DNA of 64,000 bases from Octopus bimaculoides (taxonomy: Eukaryota): positions 33,573,102 to 33,637,101 of the forward strand of contig NC_068998.1 in the NCBI RefSeq assembly GCF_001194135.2, given 5' to 3'. Each line of letters opens with the position of its first letter. Positions within the stretch are counted from its first letter, which is position 1. This document shows positions 14,154 through 27,357 of this stretch, one piece after another. The position numbers and the translations under genes were made by a program. The notes beneath the pieces were generated by a model. The model was not told the DNA's origin. It was given only the letters and a program-made list of their open reading frames with translations, and did not search any database.

Positions 14154-14814
14154 ATCCACAATCACATAAAGAAAAATTTAATAAGTAAATACATTAAAAA
14201 GACTTATAATAAAAATCAAAAAAGTACATAGTAATAAATATTAAAATAGTAAAAATGATTACACATGTTTCATTACCATATTTTCAAATGGAAAATAAAA
14301 TAAAAATCAAATTGATCGAAAATTAATGCTATTCAAAATTATAGCTAATCATCAGGTGAAAATACAATTATAATAATAAAAGCAATGTATATATATCGAC
14401 TAACAATAAATATCAAATGAATTTATATAAGAATACTTATTTTACCAATAGATAAAAGAAAAACATTTAATAATATTACTGAAAATAAATGCAATACTTA
14501 TCCCATCGAAGCTTTAGTTTAAACTAAAGCTTCAATAAGATATTTATTGTTAGTCGATATATATACATTGCTTTTATTATTATAATTGTATTTTCACCTG
14601 ATGATTAGCTATATTTTTGAATAGAATTGATTTTCGATCGATTTATTTTGAATTGATTCGATTTTTATATTATTTTCTATTTGAAAATATGGTTATGAAA
14701 CACGTCTAGTCATTTTTACTACTTTAATATTTATTACTTTGTACTTTTTTGATTTTTATTATAGGTCTTTTTAGTGTATATACTTATTCAATTTTTCTAT
14801 AAGTGATTATGGAT
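14154..14814. repeat. Long AT-rich inverted repeat with a central perfect palindrome
   Basis: Arms 14154-14414 and 14539-14814. Inner 75 bp (14340-14414 vs 14539-14613) are perfectly complementary. GAAGCTTTAGTTTAAACTAAAGCTTC at 14508-14533 is a 26-bp perfect palindrome. Confidence 0.92.
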
Positions 14815-15071
14815 TTTCATGGATGGATTAAATAATTGTGGTTTTTTTCTCTAAATTATATATTTATATATCATATATTGTGAAATTTAATTTAATTTTG
14901 ATAAATTAAATTGAATTTTCTCCTGTAAATTTGGAATTTTTTCCCTAATATTATTATTATATATGTATACATATATATGTACATATATATACATATATAC
15001 ATATATATATATACATTTATATATACACATATATATATATACACATATATATATATATGTATGTATATATG

Positions 15072-15102
<31 letters not shown>

Positions 15103-15110
15103 ATATATAC

Positions 15111-15190
<80 letters not shown>

Positions 15191-15359
15191 TTTTATTAAA
15201 GCTGCAAAATTGTCACAAAAAACAATGATGAACGGGGACATGAAACTTTGAGAAACAATTTTTCTGACAATTTTATAGCTTTTATAAAAGTATATTACTA
15301 TACCTTCAGTATTCAAGTACTATTTTTTTCACCTTGTTTTGCACTTATGTCCTCACCTG

Positions 15360-15402
<43 letters not shown>

Positions 15403-15968
15403 TTGTGTATATATATATTTGCATGTATATTTATGTGTGTATAAGAATGAGTATGTGTTTATTAATTCCTTACATGTTCTAGCAGATAAAGCAATTAATA
15501 CATAGATATCATTGTTTTTGCTTGCCATAAAAGCATGTCTGGCTGCTGTGTAGTTAACTGTATGAGATAGCAGACATATATCTACCTTACTTTGCAGCAA
15601 CTAATGGCTTGCAACAGGAGAATCATTTGTTTTTAAAATTATCTCATAATATACTTTGTCCAACCCATGAGGGCATGAAAACGTGGGTGTAAAACTGAAG
15701 TAAAAATAATGTAGAGTTGTCTAAGGTTCTTTCTGTAAGTTCATCTCCTTTGAAAGAAAGAAATTAAAAAAAAGAAATTCACTTTTTATAAAGATTAGTG
15801 ACAACTATTGATTTGAGAGCGAAAGGATATCAACTTAAAAAACTTAATATATATATGCATGTATGTAAATGGGTGTATGTACAGAGAGAGAGAGTGAGAG
15901 AGAGAGCTGGCTTCTGCACAGTTTCTATCTGCCAAATTCTGGTCACATGCGTTTGGCCAAATACTACA

Positions 15969-16352
15969 GGGCACAGGTGCCATCACGAAAGCGAAATCGT
16001 GATGGCACCTGTGCCCAGCGTCGCCTTCCGGGCACTTGTGCCAGTGGCATGTGTAAAGACATTTGAGCGAGATCATGCCAGTGCCGCTGGACTGGCTCCT
16101 GTGCAGGTGGCCTGTAAAATACACCTTTTTAAGCATGGCCGTTGTGAGTACCACCTGACCGGCCTTTGTGCCGGTGGCACGTAAAAGCACCCACTACACT
16201 CTCGGAGTGGTTGGCGTTAGGAAGGACATCCAGCTGTAGAAACTCTGCCAAATCATATTGGAGCCAGGTGTAGTCATCCAGTTCACAAGTCCTCAGTCAA
16301 ATCGTGCAACCTATGCTAGCATGTAAAGCGGACGTTAAATGATGATGATGAT
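15969..16352 (+). mobile_element. 5'-truncated RTE 3' UTR copy with (GAT)n tail
   Basis: Collinear with the 3' UTR at 48810-49133 (GCGAAATCGTGATGGCACC..AAAGCACCCACTACAC..GCGGACGTTAAATGATGAT). Confidence 0.82.
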
Positions 16353-17184
16353 ACTTGCCAAATACTACAAAGTGAGATCAAGCCTAGAATTAAGGTCTTG
16401 TAAAGAAAACTGACTTTTTCATGCACAACTTCTTTGTTTCCCATGTGTTTCAAAGGTTACAACATCTAAAATTATATAAATATAAGCATTAATGACATAT
16501 GAATGTACAGTCAAATGCTATATAAAATTCCAGTGCAATGCTTTTAAATTTACAGTCTCATCTACCATGTAAATGAGAGTGTATGTATGTATGTATGTAT
16601 GTATGTATGTATGCATGCATGTATGTATGTATGTATGTGAATATATCACAGAAAGGCTATGAAACTGTGTCCTGAAGGAAAATAGATTTGATTTTTGAAA
16701 TCTGGTCCCAAAGACAAGGTTTTTTTTTATTATAATTAATCAAAAATGATAATTTGTTATGAGAAATAACACAACTTTTAAATCAATAAATTTATCACTC
16801 TCTGATTTCATCAGGCTCTCTTTCTCTTTTATTTCATTCCCTTCTCTCTATATATTTACCACACTCATTATCACTCTTGTTTTGCATAAGACATGATATG
16901 CAATTGCTTTCCTTTTGTTTAAACTTCACCATTGTTATGTTTATCTTAATTTTTCTGATAGAGAGCTATCATGTAGAAAATACCAAATCCTGTTTTCTAA
17001 TTGAATAAAAATTATCAAACTTTAAACCTGTGTAAAATTTTTAAAAAATTTTCTGAAATAAAGGAGTCTCAAAATTGGATTCAGTCTGAGAAAGCACATC
17101 AATATACCAAATTCGAAAATCTTCAATTCATTTTTAAAGTTTCAAAATCTGTGACAATACCAGAGATCTCTGTCTGTCTGTCTG

Positions 17185-17215
<31 letters not shown>

Positions 17216-17994
17216 TTCTCTCTCTCTCTCTTTGTCTCTCTCTCTCTCTCTATTTCTTTCATTATACTTTCTTCAATGCAAACTTTACACTCACGATATA
17301 TATATTTACCGCACTTTCTCTCACTCTTTCTCTCTATATGTATATCATTCATGTGAATGTGTGTATGTTTGTGCATGCTTGGGTGCATGTGCGTGTGTGC
17401 ATGTGCGTGTGTGTGCATATGCATGCGTGTAAGGAATTTCATTTGGGTGAAAGAGTTGAAAGACTCGCACAAAGCATCAGCAGTGAACTAAGAAAAATCT
17501 TTACATCTATTTACAAAATCGAAAAACATTATAAATTGCCCACCAAAAGACAGAAATCTATCCTGATCAAGAGGCTTATCTGTTGGATAATCTGACATGG
17601 AATAAAAAGAAATGAAATATAGGCATTCTATTGTGAAATTGCCTGGCAAAGATTGAATACTCAGCTAGTATCTTATAGATTTGCATTCTAATAAATTCAG
17701 TCAAAATTTCTAGAAGTATTCAGTTGAATGTTATATAAATTTATCTAATGCTATATCAATTTATGGTTTAATTCAGCATGTTTAGTCAAATGCTAAATTT
17801 ACAACCAAATGTTTTATAAATTCAGTCAAAAATCAACTGCGACTTTCAAAAAGTTACACAAGTTTTCCCTTGGTGTGCATATTCTTTGTCATTTATACAG
17901 TTTCAGATAACTTTGAAATGAAATTTTAAGTTTGTAAGTTTATATAAATTTACAATTAGTACCACATAAATTTATACTTTAGTATGATATCAAG

Positions 17995-18160
17995 TTACAG
18001 AGTAATGTTAAATAAAAATACAGTTTTACACTATTTATAGTCTAATGCTATGTATAGTTACAGTGCAATGTTAAATAAATATACAGTTTATGCTATACAA
18101 ATATACAGTAGATGCTATATAAATTTACAGTCTAATGCTCTATAAGTTTAGTCAAATTCT
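17995..18160. repeat. Degenerate ~22-23 bp minisatellite (approx. TTTACAGTCTAATGCTATATAAA)
   Basis: About seven diverged units read by eye. Related units occur at 16503-16562 and 17690-17830. Confidence 0.5.
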
Positions 18161-19282
18161 GGCAAATAAATAAATAAAAGTGATGAATTGTACTTATTGA
18201 TATCTACCATAGCTTTAATGACTGCAGCAGAATATTTCTTAAGTTATATGCATAGTGAATTTGTATTGCTTTATTTATACAAAAATTATTTACAAAGAGG
18301 AAACAACAGGCCTTTCTTTTAATGCTAATCTGATTAGCTTGCATTTTCTTGCACTAACAGTGAAAAGTAAAATTTTAAGTATGTTCATGTTGCATGCTAA
18401 GAAGACATATCGAAGATTTTATGTTGACTTCATATTTCAGGAATAATTCTCTGTTGAAATGTCAGACATTTGTTTTTATTGATTTTAACCAAACTGACTC
18501 TTGACAATATGCATCACTGCCAAGCAAACAAGCAAGCCTCTATAAGACCTTTTGACCTGTTACAAATAGCTACCAAATTTACACAAATTACACCATACTG
18601 TGTAAATAAATAAATAAAAAGCTAGTTCTGGATGTATGAAAACTAGATAGGTTGTGGTTAGGATGCCACTGATCACTGGTCTGTTCAATGGCAGCTGATC
18701 TCAGGATAAACAACAAATTCTTATAACTGTTTCTCAAATCTATTTTATATTCCTCAGGAAAGTCTTTTATACAATTACAATTCTATACATCTGAATTTGA
18801 ACACACACATTACTATTACACATAGGAAATAGTTCAAAAGTCCAGTAATACCAGTTTACAATGAAGAAGGCAGCTAATTTTATAATGATTGGTTTGCATA
18901 AATAATTTCATTTTTACAGCTTTTATTCAGTCCTAACCAAATTCACTAATTGTAAAAGTATTGCTCTGCATACAAGTTACTTTAAGTCAGCTTCAGCATT
19001 AATCTACAACAGAGGCAGCAGCAACAAAATAATGCAGACAGCTTCTTAGAAATCAGCATTTTAAAGTTTCGTTTCAAAATCATCTGAAACAGTATAAATG
19101 ACAGAGAGAAAACGTACTAAAGGAAAATTTGGGTAAATTTTGAAAAGTCAGAGTTGACATGGTTTCTGAAAGCTAAACTAAAAGTGTAATATGTAATTAG
19201 AATTTACATTGTTAATTTTACTGCATTGTCAGCACCATAATTTTTATTCAACATAATTAAGAGCAAAGCTTTTCCAGAGCTC

Positions 19283-19761
19283 TCTTTTACTCTTTTACTT
19301 GTTTCAGTCATTTGACTGTGGCCATGCTGGAGCACTGCCTTTAGTCAAGAAAATCGACCCCAGGACTTATTCTTTGTAAGCCTAGTACTTATTCTATCAG
19401 TCTCTTTTTGCCAAACTGCTAAGTTACAGGGACGTAAACACACTAGCATCGGTTGTCAAGCGATGGTGGGGGAACAAATGCAAACACACAAACATATATA
19501 TATATATATATATATATANNNNNNNNNNNNNNNNNNNNNNNNNNNNNNNNNNNNNNNNNNNNNNNNNNNNNNATATATACATATATATATATATATACGA
19601 TGGGCTTCTTTCAGTTTCCATCTACCAAATCCACTCACAAGGATTTAGTCGGCCCGAGGCTATAGTAGAAGACACTTGCCCATGGTGCCACACAGTGGGA
19701 CTGAACCCGGAACCATGTGGTTGGTAAGCAAGTTACTTACCACACAGCCACTCCCGCACCT
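19283..19761 (-). mobile_element. tRNA-derived SINE, family A (internal microsatellite spacer, AAAAGAGT-type tail)
   Basis: Minus-strand head GGAGTGGCTGTGTGG (A box) and GGTTCAGTCCC (B box). Same layout as 27358-27751, 44925-45304 and 58393-58695. Confidence 0.85.
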
Positions 19762-19773
19762 ATTACCTTGGAA

Positions 19774-19985
19774 GGCAGCAAGCTAGCAGAAACATTGTCA
19801 CACCGGGCGAAATGCTTAGTGGTATTTTGTCTGTCTTTATGTTCTGAGTTCAAATTCCACTGAGGTTGACTTTGCCTTTCATCCTTTCAGGGTTGATAAA
19901 TTAAGTACCAGTTGCATACTGGAGTCGATCTAATCGATTGGGCCCCCTCCCCCAAAATTTCGGGCCTTGTGCATAGAGTAGAAAA
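19774..19985 (+). mobile_element. tRNA-derived SINE, family B (central domain resembling the Meta-type conserved SINE domain)
   Basis: GGCAGCAAGCTAGCAGAA head, GAGTTCAAATTCC B box, and core GAGGTTGACTTTGCCTTTCATCCTTTCAGGGTTGATAAATTAAGTACCAG. The domain name is from recall and unverified. Confidence 0.8.
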
Positions 19986-21829
19986 TAATTTTTCTTACCT
20001 TGGATAAGCAGTAAAAAAATGGGACATGTAAGGTAATCATAATAATCAATTGAAGTTGAATATTTTAATGATTTTTAATTTAATTCTTCATTACACTGTG
20101 TGGTTTGCTTCCTTCATTAGAATGTTATAGTTATCTGCATATTGGAAATCATCCAACATCCATTTTGTCAGATTTTGATTCTATTTGAGTTGAGAAAGAA
20201 ATGGTCCTGCTGTTATAGGTCTGTTCAAACTTTTATTTACAATTTCCCATACATAGCTTCCCTTCATACCAACCTGCCCAAGACTACTTCTCATTTTATG
20301 ATACAAACGTTTCATTTTGAGCTAACTGCATTTAAGGTAGAATTTTCCTTAAAATATTTGATGTAAGAAACATTTTTAAAGTTGTTTCAAAAACAAACTT
20401 AATGGAAAATTTAGTAATTTCAGTAAATCCCCTCCAAATTCTTGATTATTTTCCGAAGTAATTGAAACATAGGTGATCTGTTTGTTTTAGAGACCTGATC
20501 AAAAAGGGGTTAACTTTGCAAACACAGAGGATCTCATCCAGCTGATAGTTCTTTGTTTATTATAGATATTTCCATTGTTTTATCTATTTCACTACCATAC
20601 AGTATTGTACTGTCATACTGGGTCATATATATTAATAATGCATCATGCTCAAGTATAAACACATACAGAAATTATATGCAAACCAATGTGGCAGTATGTA
20701 TGTTGTCTATAGACCTACTAGAGAAAGCAACCAATGCTTCCTTAAATCAAATTCACATTCTAAAAGGAACATACAGCACACATTAGATAATGTACCCCTG
20801 ACACACTTTACACCTGATCTGAATTAACAATAGAGACATATATAATACAGTTGAGGTTACAATATATGAATACAAGTATAGTCTAAGCATATAATATTTG
20901 TATACACTTGTGCATTTAATTTTCCATTGTTTGTTTGTAAATGTGTTTAGTTCAAATGATTTGGTACCTCTCACTGTCTTGTTTTGAGAAAGCTTCTCAC
21001 TGGTTATAAAATTAGCAACCAAGTTCTCTTCAGATTACACCTTCTCATCTTAAAAAATGAAAAGACATCTAGGACAAAGTAATCCTAGTTACATTGTTTG
21101 AAAATAAGTTGGGATGGTCATAAGTGGAACACAAACTTGCTTAGTAAGAGCTGAGTAAGAGCTGACCAACAATAAAGAGCTGACCAACAATAAATTCTTG
21201 TTCTTATTCTAACTGAAAATATCAATTTTCTACTTCTTATACTCTGTACCTCTTCCACCTTCGGGTGACATTAGTGAAGCTTGAGGAAAGTATAATAGAA
21301 TTTATTTTCCATTATTATGGTAGAAGTCATTTCAAAGATCTCTGTTTTGAAAATTGTAACAGGGTAAATAAGATTAAAAGGCTTCAATCTATAATTGTTT
21401 ATCTTCAAATTTCATATCAAGGCCATTACTTCTGAACAAATTAAAGCTATTATTTTTGCATCTGTATTAAAATTAGAAATTATAGTTTATTTTGAGACTC
21501 CATTCCTTTATTACATTTTTGGTTATTTTTCATTGATTCTTTTTTATGTCCATTTTTCTATTCTGGCATGGGTTGGATGAATATGTTTTCAGGCATTGTT
21601 TTATCATCAGTCATTTTATATTTCTCATAACCTTTACTTGTTCTTTTAGTGATAGATCCTCTATTCTTCTCTTCTTTGCAAGCACAGGGATATCTACAGA
21701 ATGTTTTATTACCAGGAAATGGCAACAATGTCTTTTGCTCAATGCTTTTCATGGATGTGAAATGTAAGCATTCACATCCATGTATGTGTGTGTGCACACA
21801 CACATGCACAATCACACACATATACATGT

Positions 21830-22020
21830 TGGTGCCATGTAAAAAACACTCATCACACTCTGTAAAGTGATTGGTATTAAGAAGAGCATCCAGCAGTAGA
21901 AACCAATCCATATCAGACTGGAACTCAGTGCAGCACTCAGGCTTGCTAGCTCTGGTCAAATTGTCCAATCCATGCCAGTATGTAAAACAGACATTAAAAG
22001 ATGATGATGATGATGTAAAC
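21830..22020 (+). mobile_element. Degenerate RTE-type 3' tail fragment
   Basis: AAGAAGAGCATCCAGCAGTAGAAAC..CCATGCCAGTATG..CATTAAAAGATGATGATGATG matches the tail at 48950-49133. Confidence 0.55.
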
Positions 22021-23065
22021 TATTACAAATTGAAATGCACAAACCAGCCTGTCTTGGAGACCAGCAACTCTGAATACGAACAGAGGCTGTAATGATACAT
22101 CTAACACATGTAGCATGAAAAACAGATATAAGATTAATGAATGATGATGATGAGTGTTTGTATGTTTGTTTGTATGCATGTATGCATGTGTATATGCATG
22201 CATGTATATATGTTTGTGTGTATTTATCTACTTTTTAATCAATCAGAATTGACTGGGACTTCAAATTTTGCCTTATAGGCTTCTTCATTCAATCAGTAAA
22301 GTTGTTACCAGATTTTCACCTTTAATTTACACTTCTGGCACTTTGTTTTCTCAAAACAGGTGTTTACTTATAAAGGTGTCAGCAGTTATTTGTCAAAGAG
22401 CTTGATTACTTATTTTCTAGTTTAATGTCAGCAAGGGTGAGAGAGTGTGAGACAAAAAAATCAATGAAACAAGACAGAAAGAGAAAGGAAACATGTAAGA
22501 GGAAGAGAAAGGGGGGAAAAGGAGTAATTGATTATTATTTGAAAATAAGAGAAGTAGAACTATGAAAGCATAGGTGTCATAAGGAAAAAAAGAATGTCAA
22601 ATATCAAATGCTTTGAGAATTATTAATGGATCTTAGGGTAGATAGAAAATGAGATTGTGTTGTAAATTATAAATATGCACTGAACCTGATTGATTATAAA
22701 TACACATGCAGACAGACACACAAAATACATATGCGAGTTGAACATGTGGACATGTGTGTGCAAGTGCATATGTGTGAGTTTGTACATGAAGTCACATTTA
22801 CATGTTTAATAATCATATAGTTTGTCAAGCCATGAAATTAGGACCTGTAATTAAAACCACAACAGCTTGAAGTGAGGATCAAACAATCTTTCTACATATT
22901 CATTACCCTTTCCATTCAGGCTGCCAAAGCTAATTAGTGATGAACAATATTTAAAAATGTAAACAAGATTATGAATAGTACAACTTCATTTGCATAAGAT
23001 TATGAGATTGTTGGGCGAGGATAAATAACTAGAGTAGTATGTGCTATGAATTGTAGTATGAGCTA

Positions 23066-23135
<70 letters not shown>

Positions 23136-24115
23136 NNNNNNNNNNNNNNNNNNNNNNNNNNNNNNNNNNNNNNNNNNNNNNNNNNNNNNNNNNNNNNNNN
23201 NNNNNNNNNNNNNNNNNNNNNNNNNNNNNNNNNNNNNNNNNNNNNNNNNNNNNNNNNNNNNNNNNNNNNNNNNNNNNNNNNNNNNNNNNNNNNNNNNNNN
23301 NNNNNNNNNNNNNNNNNNNNNNNNNNNNNNNNNNNNNNNNNNNNNNNNNNNNNNNNNNNNNNNNNNNNNNNNNNNNNNNNNNNNNNNNNNNNNNNNNNNN
23401 NNNNNNNNNNNNNNNNNNNNNNNNNNNNNNNNNNNNNNNNNNNNNNNNNNNNNNNNNNNNNNNNNNNNNNNNNNNNNNNNNNNNNNNNNNNNNNNNNNNN
23501 NNNNNNNNNNNNNNNNNNNNNNNNNNNNNNNNNNNNNNNNNNNNNNNNNNNNNNNNNNNNNNNNNNNNNNNNNNNNNNNNNNNNNNNNNNNNNNNNNNNN
23601 NNNNNNNNNNNNNNNNNNNNNNNNNNNNNNNNNNNNNNNNNNNNNNNNNNNNNNNNNNNNNNNNNNNNNNNNNNNNNNNNNNNNNNNNNNNNNNNNNNNN
23701 NNNNNNNNNNNNNNNNNNNNNNNNNNNNNNNNNNNNNNNNNNNNNNNNNNNNNNNNNNNNNNNNNNNNNNNNNNNNNNNNNNNNNNNNNNNNNNNNNNNN
23801 NNNNNNNNNNNNNNNNNNNNNNNNNNNNNNNNNNNNNNNNNNNNNNNNNNNNNNNNNNNNNNNNNNNNNNNNNNNNNNNNNNNNNNNNNNNNNNNNNNNN
23901 NNNNNNNNNNNNNNNNNNNNNNNNNNNNNNNNNNNNNNNNNNNNNNNNNNNNNNNNNNNNNNNNNNNNNNNNNNNNNNNNNNNNNNNNNNNNNNNNNNNN
24001 NNNNNNNNNNNNNNNNNNNNNNNNNNNNNNNNNNNNNNNNNNNNNNNNNNNNNNNNNNNNNNNNNNNNNNNNNNNNNNNNNNNNNNNNNNNNNNNNNNNN
24101 NNNNNNNNNNNNNNN

Positions 24116-24188
<73 letters not shown>

Positions 24189-24475
24189 TTGATGCAGATA
24201 AATACAAGCTGACTTGACATTAATACACATATATTTGTATAGATACATATAACTACATATATTCATAAAGATAAACGCATATATACATAAACAATAAAAT
24301 GTTTTGAATAACACAACAATGCTCTATACTACAAACAATGGACTATGATAACTGTTGTAATTTAATCATCCATAGATTGATATGATATTTCAGAATAAAA
24401 ATTCCTTCTTCAGATATCCTTAGGAATTGATAGAATCACTGCTCTAATCGGTTTTCCAACGGCTTTATATATATA

Positions 24476-24816
24476 TATATTTACATAGGATATTTCAATG
24501 TAGGATACTAAGAAGAGAATGCATAGTTTCTTAACACAAAAGTCGTTTCAGGAAGTTCGGAATTACATAATAATCATAATACTCATAATTAGCAGATGGA
24601 ACCCTTCATCAAGAGAAAATTGATTAAGAGAGCTGGAATTATAGTAATATGTCAGTGTGACTGGTTGTGTACCCAAGACTTCTTATACATTCCAACTGGA
24701 AATTATGAGCATTATGATAGTTATGTATTTCCAAGTTTCCTGAAACAGCTGTCAAGTTATGAAACTGTGTAGTCTCTTCTTAGTATCCTGTACTTTTTAT
24801 GCTCTATGTAAATATA
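24476..24816. repeat. Inverted repeat carrying hammerhead-like motifs (Penelope pLTR-like foldback)
   Basis: Arms about 24476-24601 and 24690-24816 (AGGATACTAAGAAGAG..GTTTCAGGAA..CTCATAATT and its reverse complement). GAAACAGCTGTC at 24742-24753. Confidence 0.75.
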
Positions 24817-24824
24817 TTTCTCTT

Positions 24825-24879
<55 letters not shown>

Positions 24880-26097
24880 ATGTATATACACATATATACA
24901 TATATATATANNNNNNNNNNNNNNNNNNNNNNNNNNNNNNNNNNNNNNNNNNNNNNNNNNNNNNNNNNNNNNNNNNNNNNNNNNNNNNNNNNNNNNNNNN
25001 NNNNNNNNNNNNNNNNNNNNNNNNNNNNNNNNNNNNNNNNNNNNNNNNNNNNNNNNNNNNNNNNNNNNNNNNNNNNNNNNNNNNNNNNNNNNNNNNNNNN
25101 NNNNNNNNNNNNNNNNNNNNNNNNNNNNNNNNNNNNNNNNNNNNNNNNNNNNNNNNNNNNNNNNNNNNNNNNNNNNNNNNNNNNNNNNNNNNNNNNNNNN
25201 NNNNNNNNNNNNNNNNNNNNNNNNNNNNNNNNNNNNNNNNNNNNNNNNNNNNNNNNNNNNNNNNNNNNNNNNNNNNNNNNNNNNNNNNNNNNNNNNNNNN
25301 NNNNNNNNNNNNNNNNNNNNNNNNNNNNNNNNNNNNNNNNNNNNNNNNNNNNNNNNNNNNNNNNNNNNNNNNNNNNNNNNNNNNNNNNNNNNNNNNNNNN
25401 NNNNNNNNNNNNNNNNNNNNNNNNNNNNNNNNNNNNNNNNNNNNNNNNNNNNNNNNNNNNNNNNNNNNNNNNNNNNNNNNNNNNNNNNNNNNNNNNNNNN
25501 NNNNNNNNNNNNNNNNNNNNNNNNNNNNNNNNNNNNNNNNNNNNNNNNNNNNNNNNNNNNNNNNNNNNNNNNNNNNNNNNNNNNNNNNNNNNNNNNNNNN
25601 NNNNNNNNNNNNNNNNNNNNNNNNNNNNNNNNNNNNNNNNNNNNNNNNNNNNNNNNNNNNNNNNNNNNNNNNNNNNNNNNNNNNNNNNNNNNNNNNNNNN
25701 NNNNNNNNNNNNNNNNNNNNNNNNNNNNNNNNNNNNNNNNNNNNNNNNNNNNNNNNNNNNNNNNNNNNNNNNNNNNNNNNNNNNNNNNNNNNNNNTATAT
25801 ATATAAAGGCAGTGCTCCAGCATGGCCACAGTCAAATGACTGAAACAAGTAAAAGAGTAAAAGAGTATATACTAGGGATTATTGTGTTTGTCTACATCAC
25901 TATCTCCATATTAGCTCACCTGGATTTCTCTTGTAGCCACTCTTGACATCAGGGATTTAGTCTTGGATGAAATATTCAGAGTTTAAGCTCAATTAATTTG
26001 AACACTGCTATGTGTTTTGCATACTGAGCATATCTAGTTCTTGTCCATTATCTTTACAAACACACACACACGCACGCACACATGCACGCGCGCGCGC

Positions 26098-26128
<31 letters not shown>

Positions 26129-27357
26129 GAGTCATTATATTATTATTATTATTTTAAATTTTGCTGGTGTTTTGTTAGCTTGAAGGAAGAACTGAACTGA
26201 TTCATTCCATCTTTAAAATTCACCAATGATTGCTTGTTTCAACCAAACCTAAGGAGTGAAGAACTGCTTATTGAAACAAAACTGTGGTTTAACCATCGCT
26301 CTTTAATGAGACTAAATATATTGTTATCAAACCTACACATGTGCTTCTGTATACACACTTATTCATAAACCACATTATAGTGGTACCCGAGTTTATTTCA
26401 GGAATATCATATCTAATTTCAAATGCATCTTTTTTTTTCTATATTTTTCACTGCATTGAGATAAATGGGAAATTTATATTAATTCATTTTCCAATATGGT
26501 AATACATATAATGGAAACATATGTTAGAATTACAATAAAGACAACAGTTTATTGCAGGTTTCATGCTTGTATCAAGAAATCTCATGTATTTTCAAGTTAC
26601 TGAAACCAAGAAAATATTGGTAAACCAATCGTCCATATAATTCCAGTATGGATGTATGTAATGCAAGATTAATATAAAATAGAGTACCCAGACATTGATT
26701 AAATTTAGTGGATGTTATATATATGTAGATTAGGTAGTTTGAATTTAAATCCGGTTAGCCATGTGACTTGTTTCAAAACTTTCTAATCTTCAAAAAAGAA
26801 ACTTTTCAGATTTTTCAATAAGGTATATTATAATCTTGTTATCTTTTAAATCAGTTCCAATAGATACTAAGAATTGTTTCAGCTCTGCTAATGGATATTA
26901 TTTGGAAAGATTGTTGTGGTTCAAACAGTCAAAACGGTTGAGTCAGTTAGTAACTTGCCTGGAAAGTATAGCAGTTAACGTTTGGTAACTAGCATTGCAC
27001 CATGTCTACAGGGAGAAAACAAACCCAGTGGCATGACTAGTCCATATAACTATAAATATTATCCACTTTTGCTATTGAATGAAAACGTTCGATATTGGGG
27101 TGAGGGTGAATGTGGAAATAATAAGGACAGTTTGAGGGTAAATTCCTGCAGTTAGTGGCATTGGTTAAGAGGAAATAATTCCTCTAACTTTAGCTCATAG
27201 CTTTTATTCAAAGTATAATGTGAATGAAATTTAAAGTTTTCTTATGACCATTTTTATTGATGGTACAGAACATGGCTGTGTGCTAATGAATTTGTTTCCC
27301 AAACAGTTTCAGGTTTGGTTTCACTGCATGGCACCTTGAGCAAATATTTTCTGTTAT

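Noticed and set aside
21143-21194. Short nested direct repeats (AAGAGCTGACCAACAATA x2); similar case at 35819-35872
   Set aside because: Ordinary slippage duplications; two copies only and no spacer array, so not CRISPR-like.
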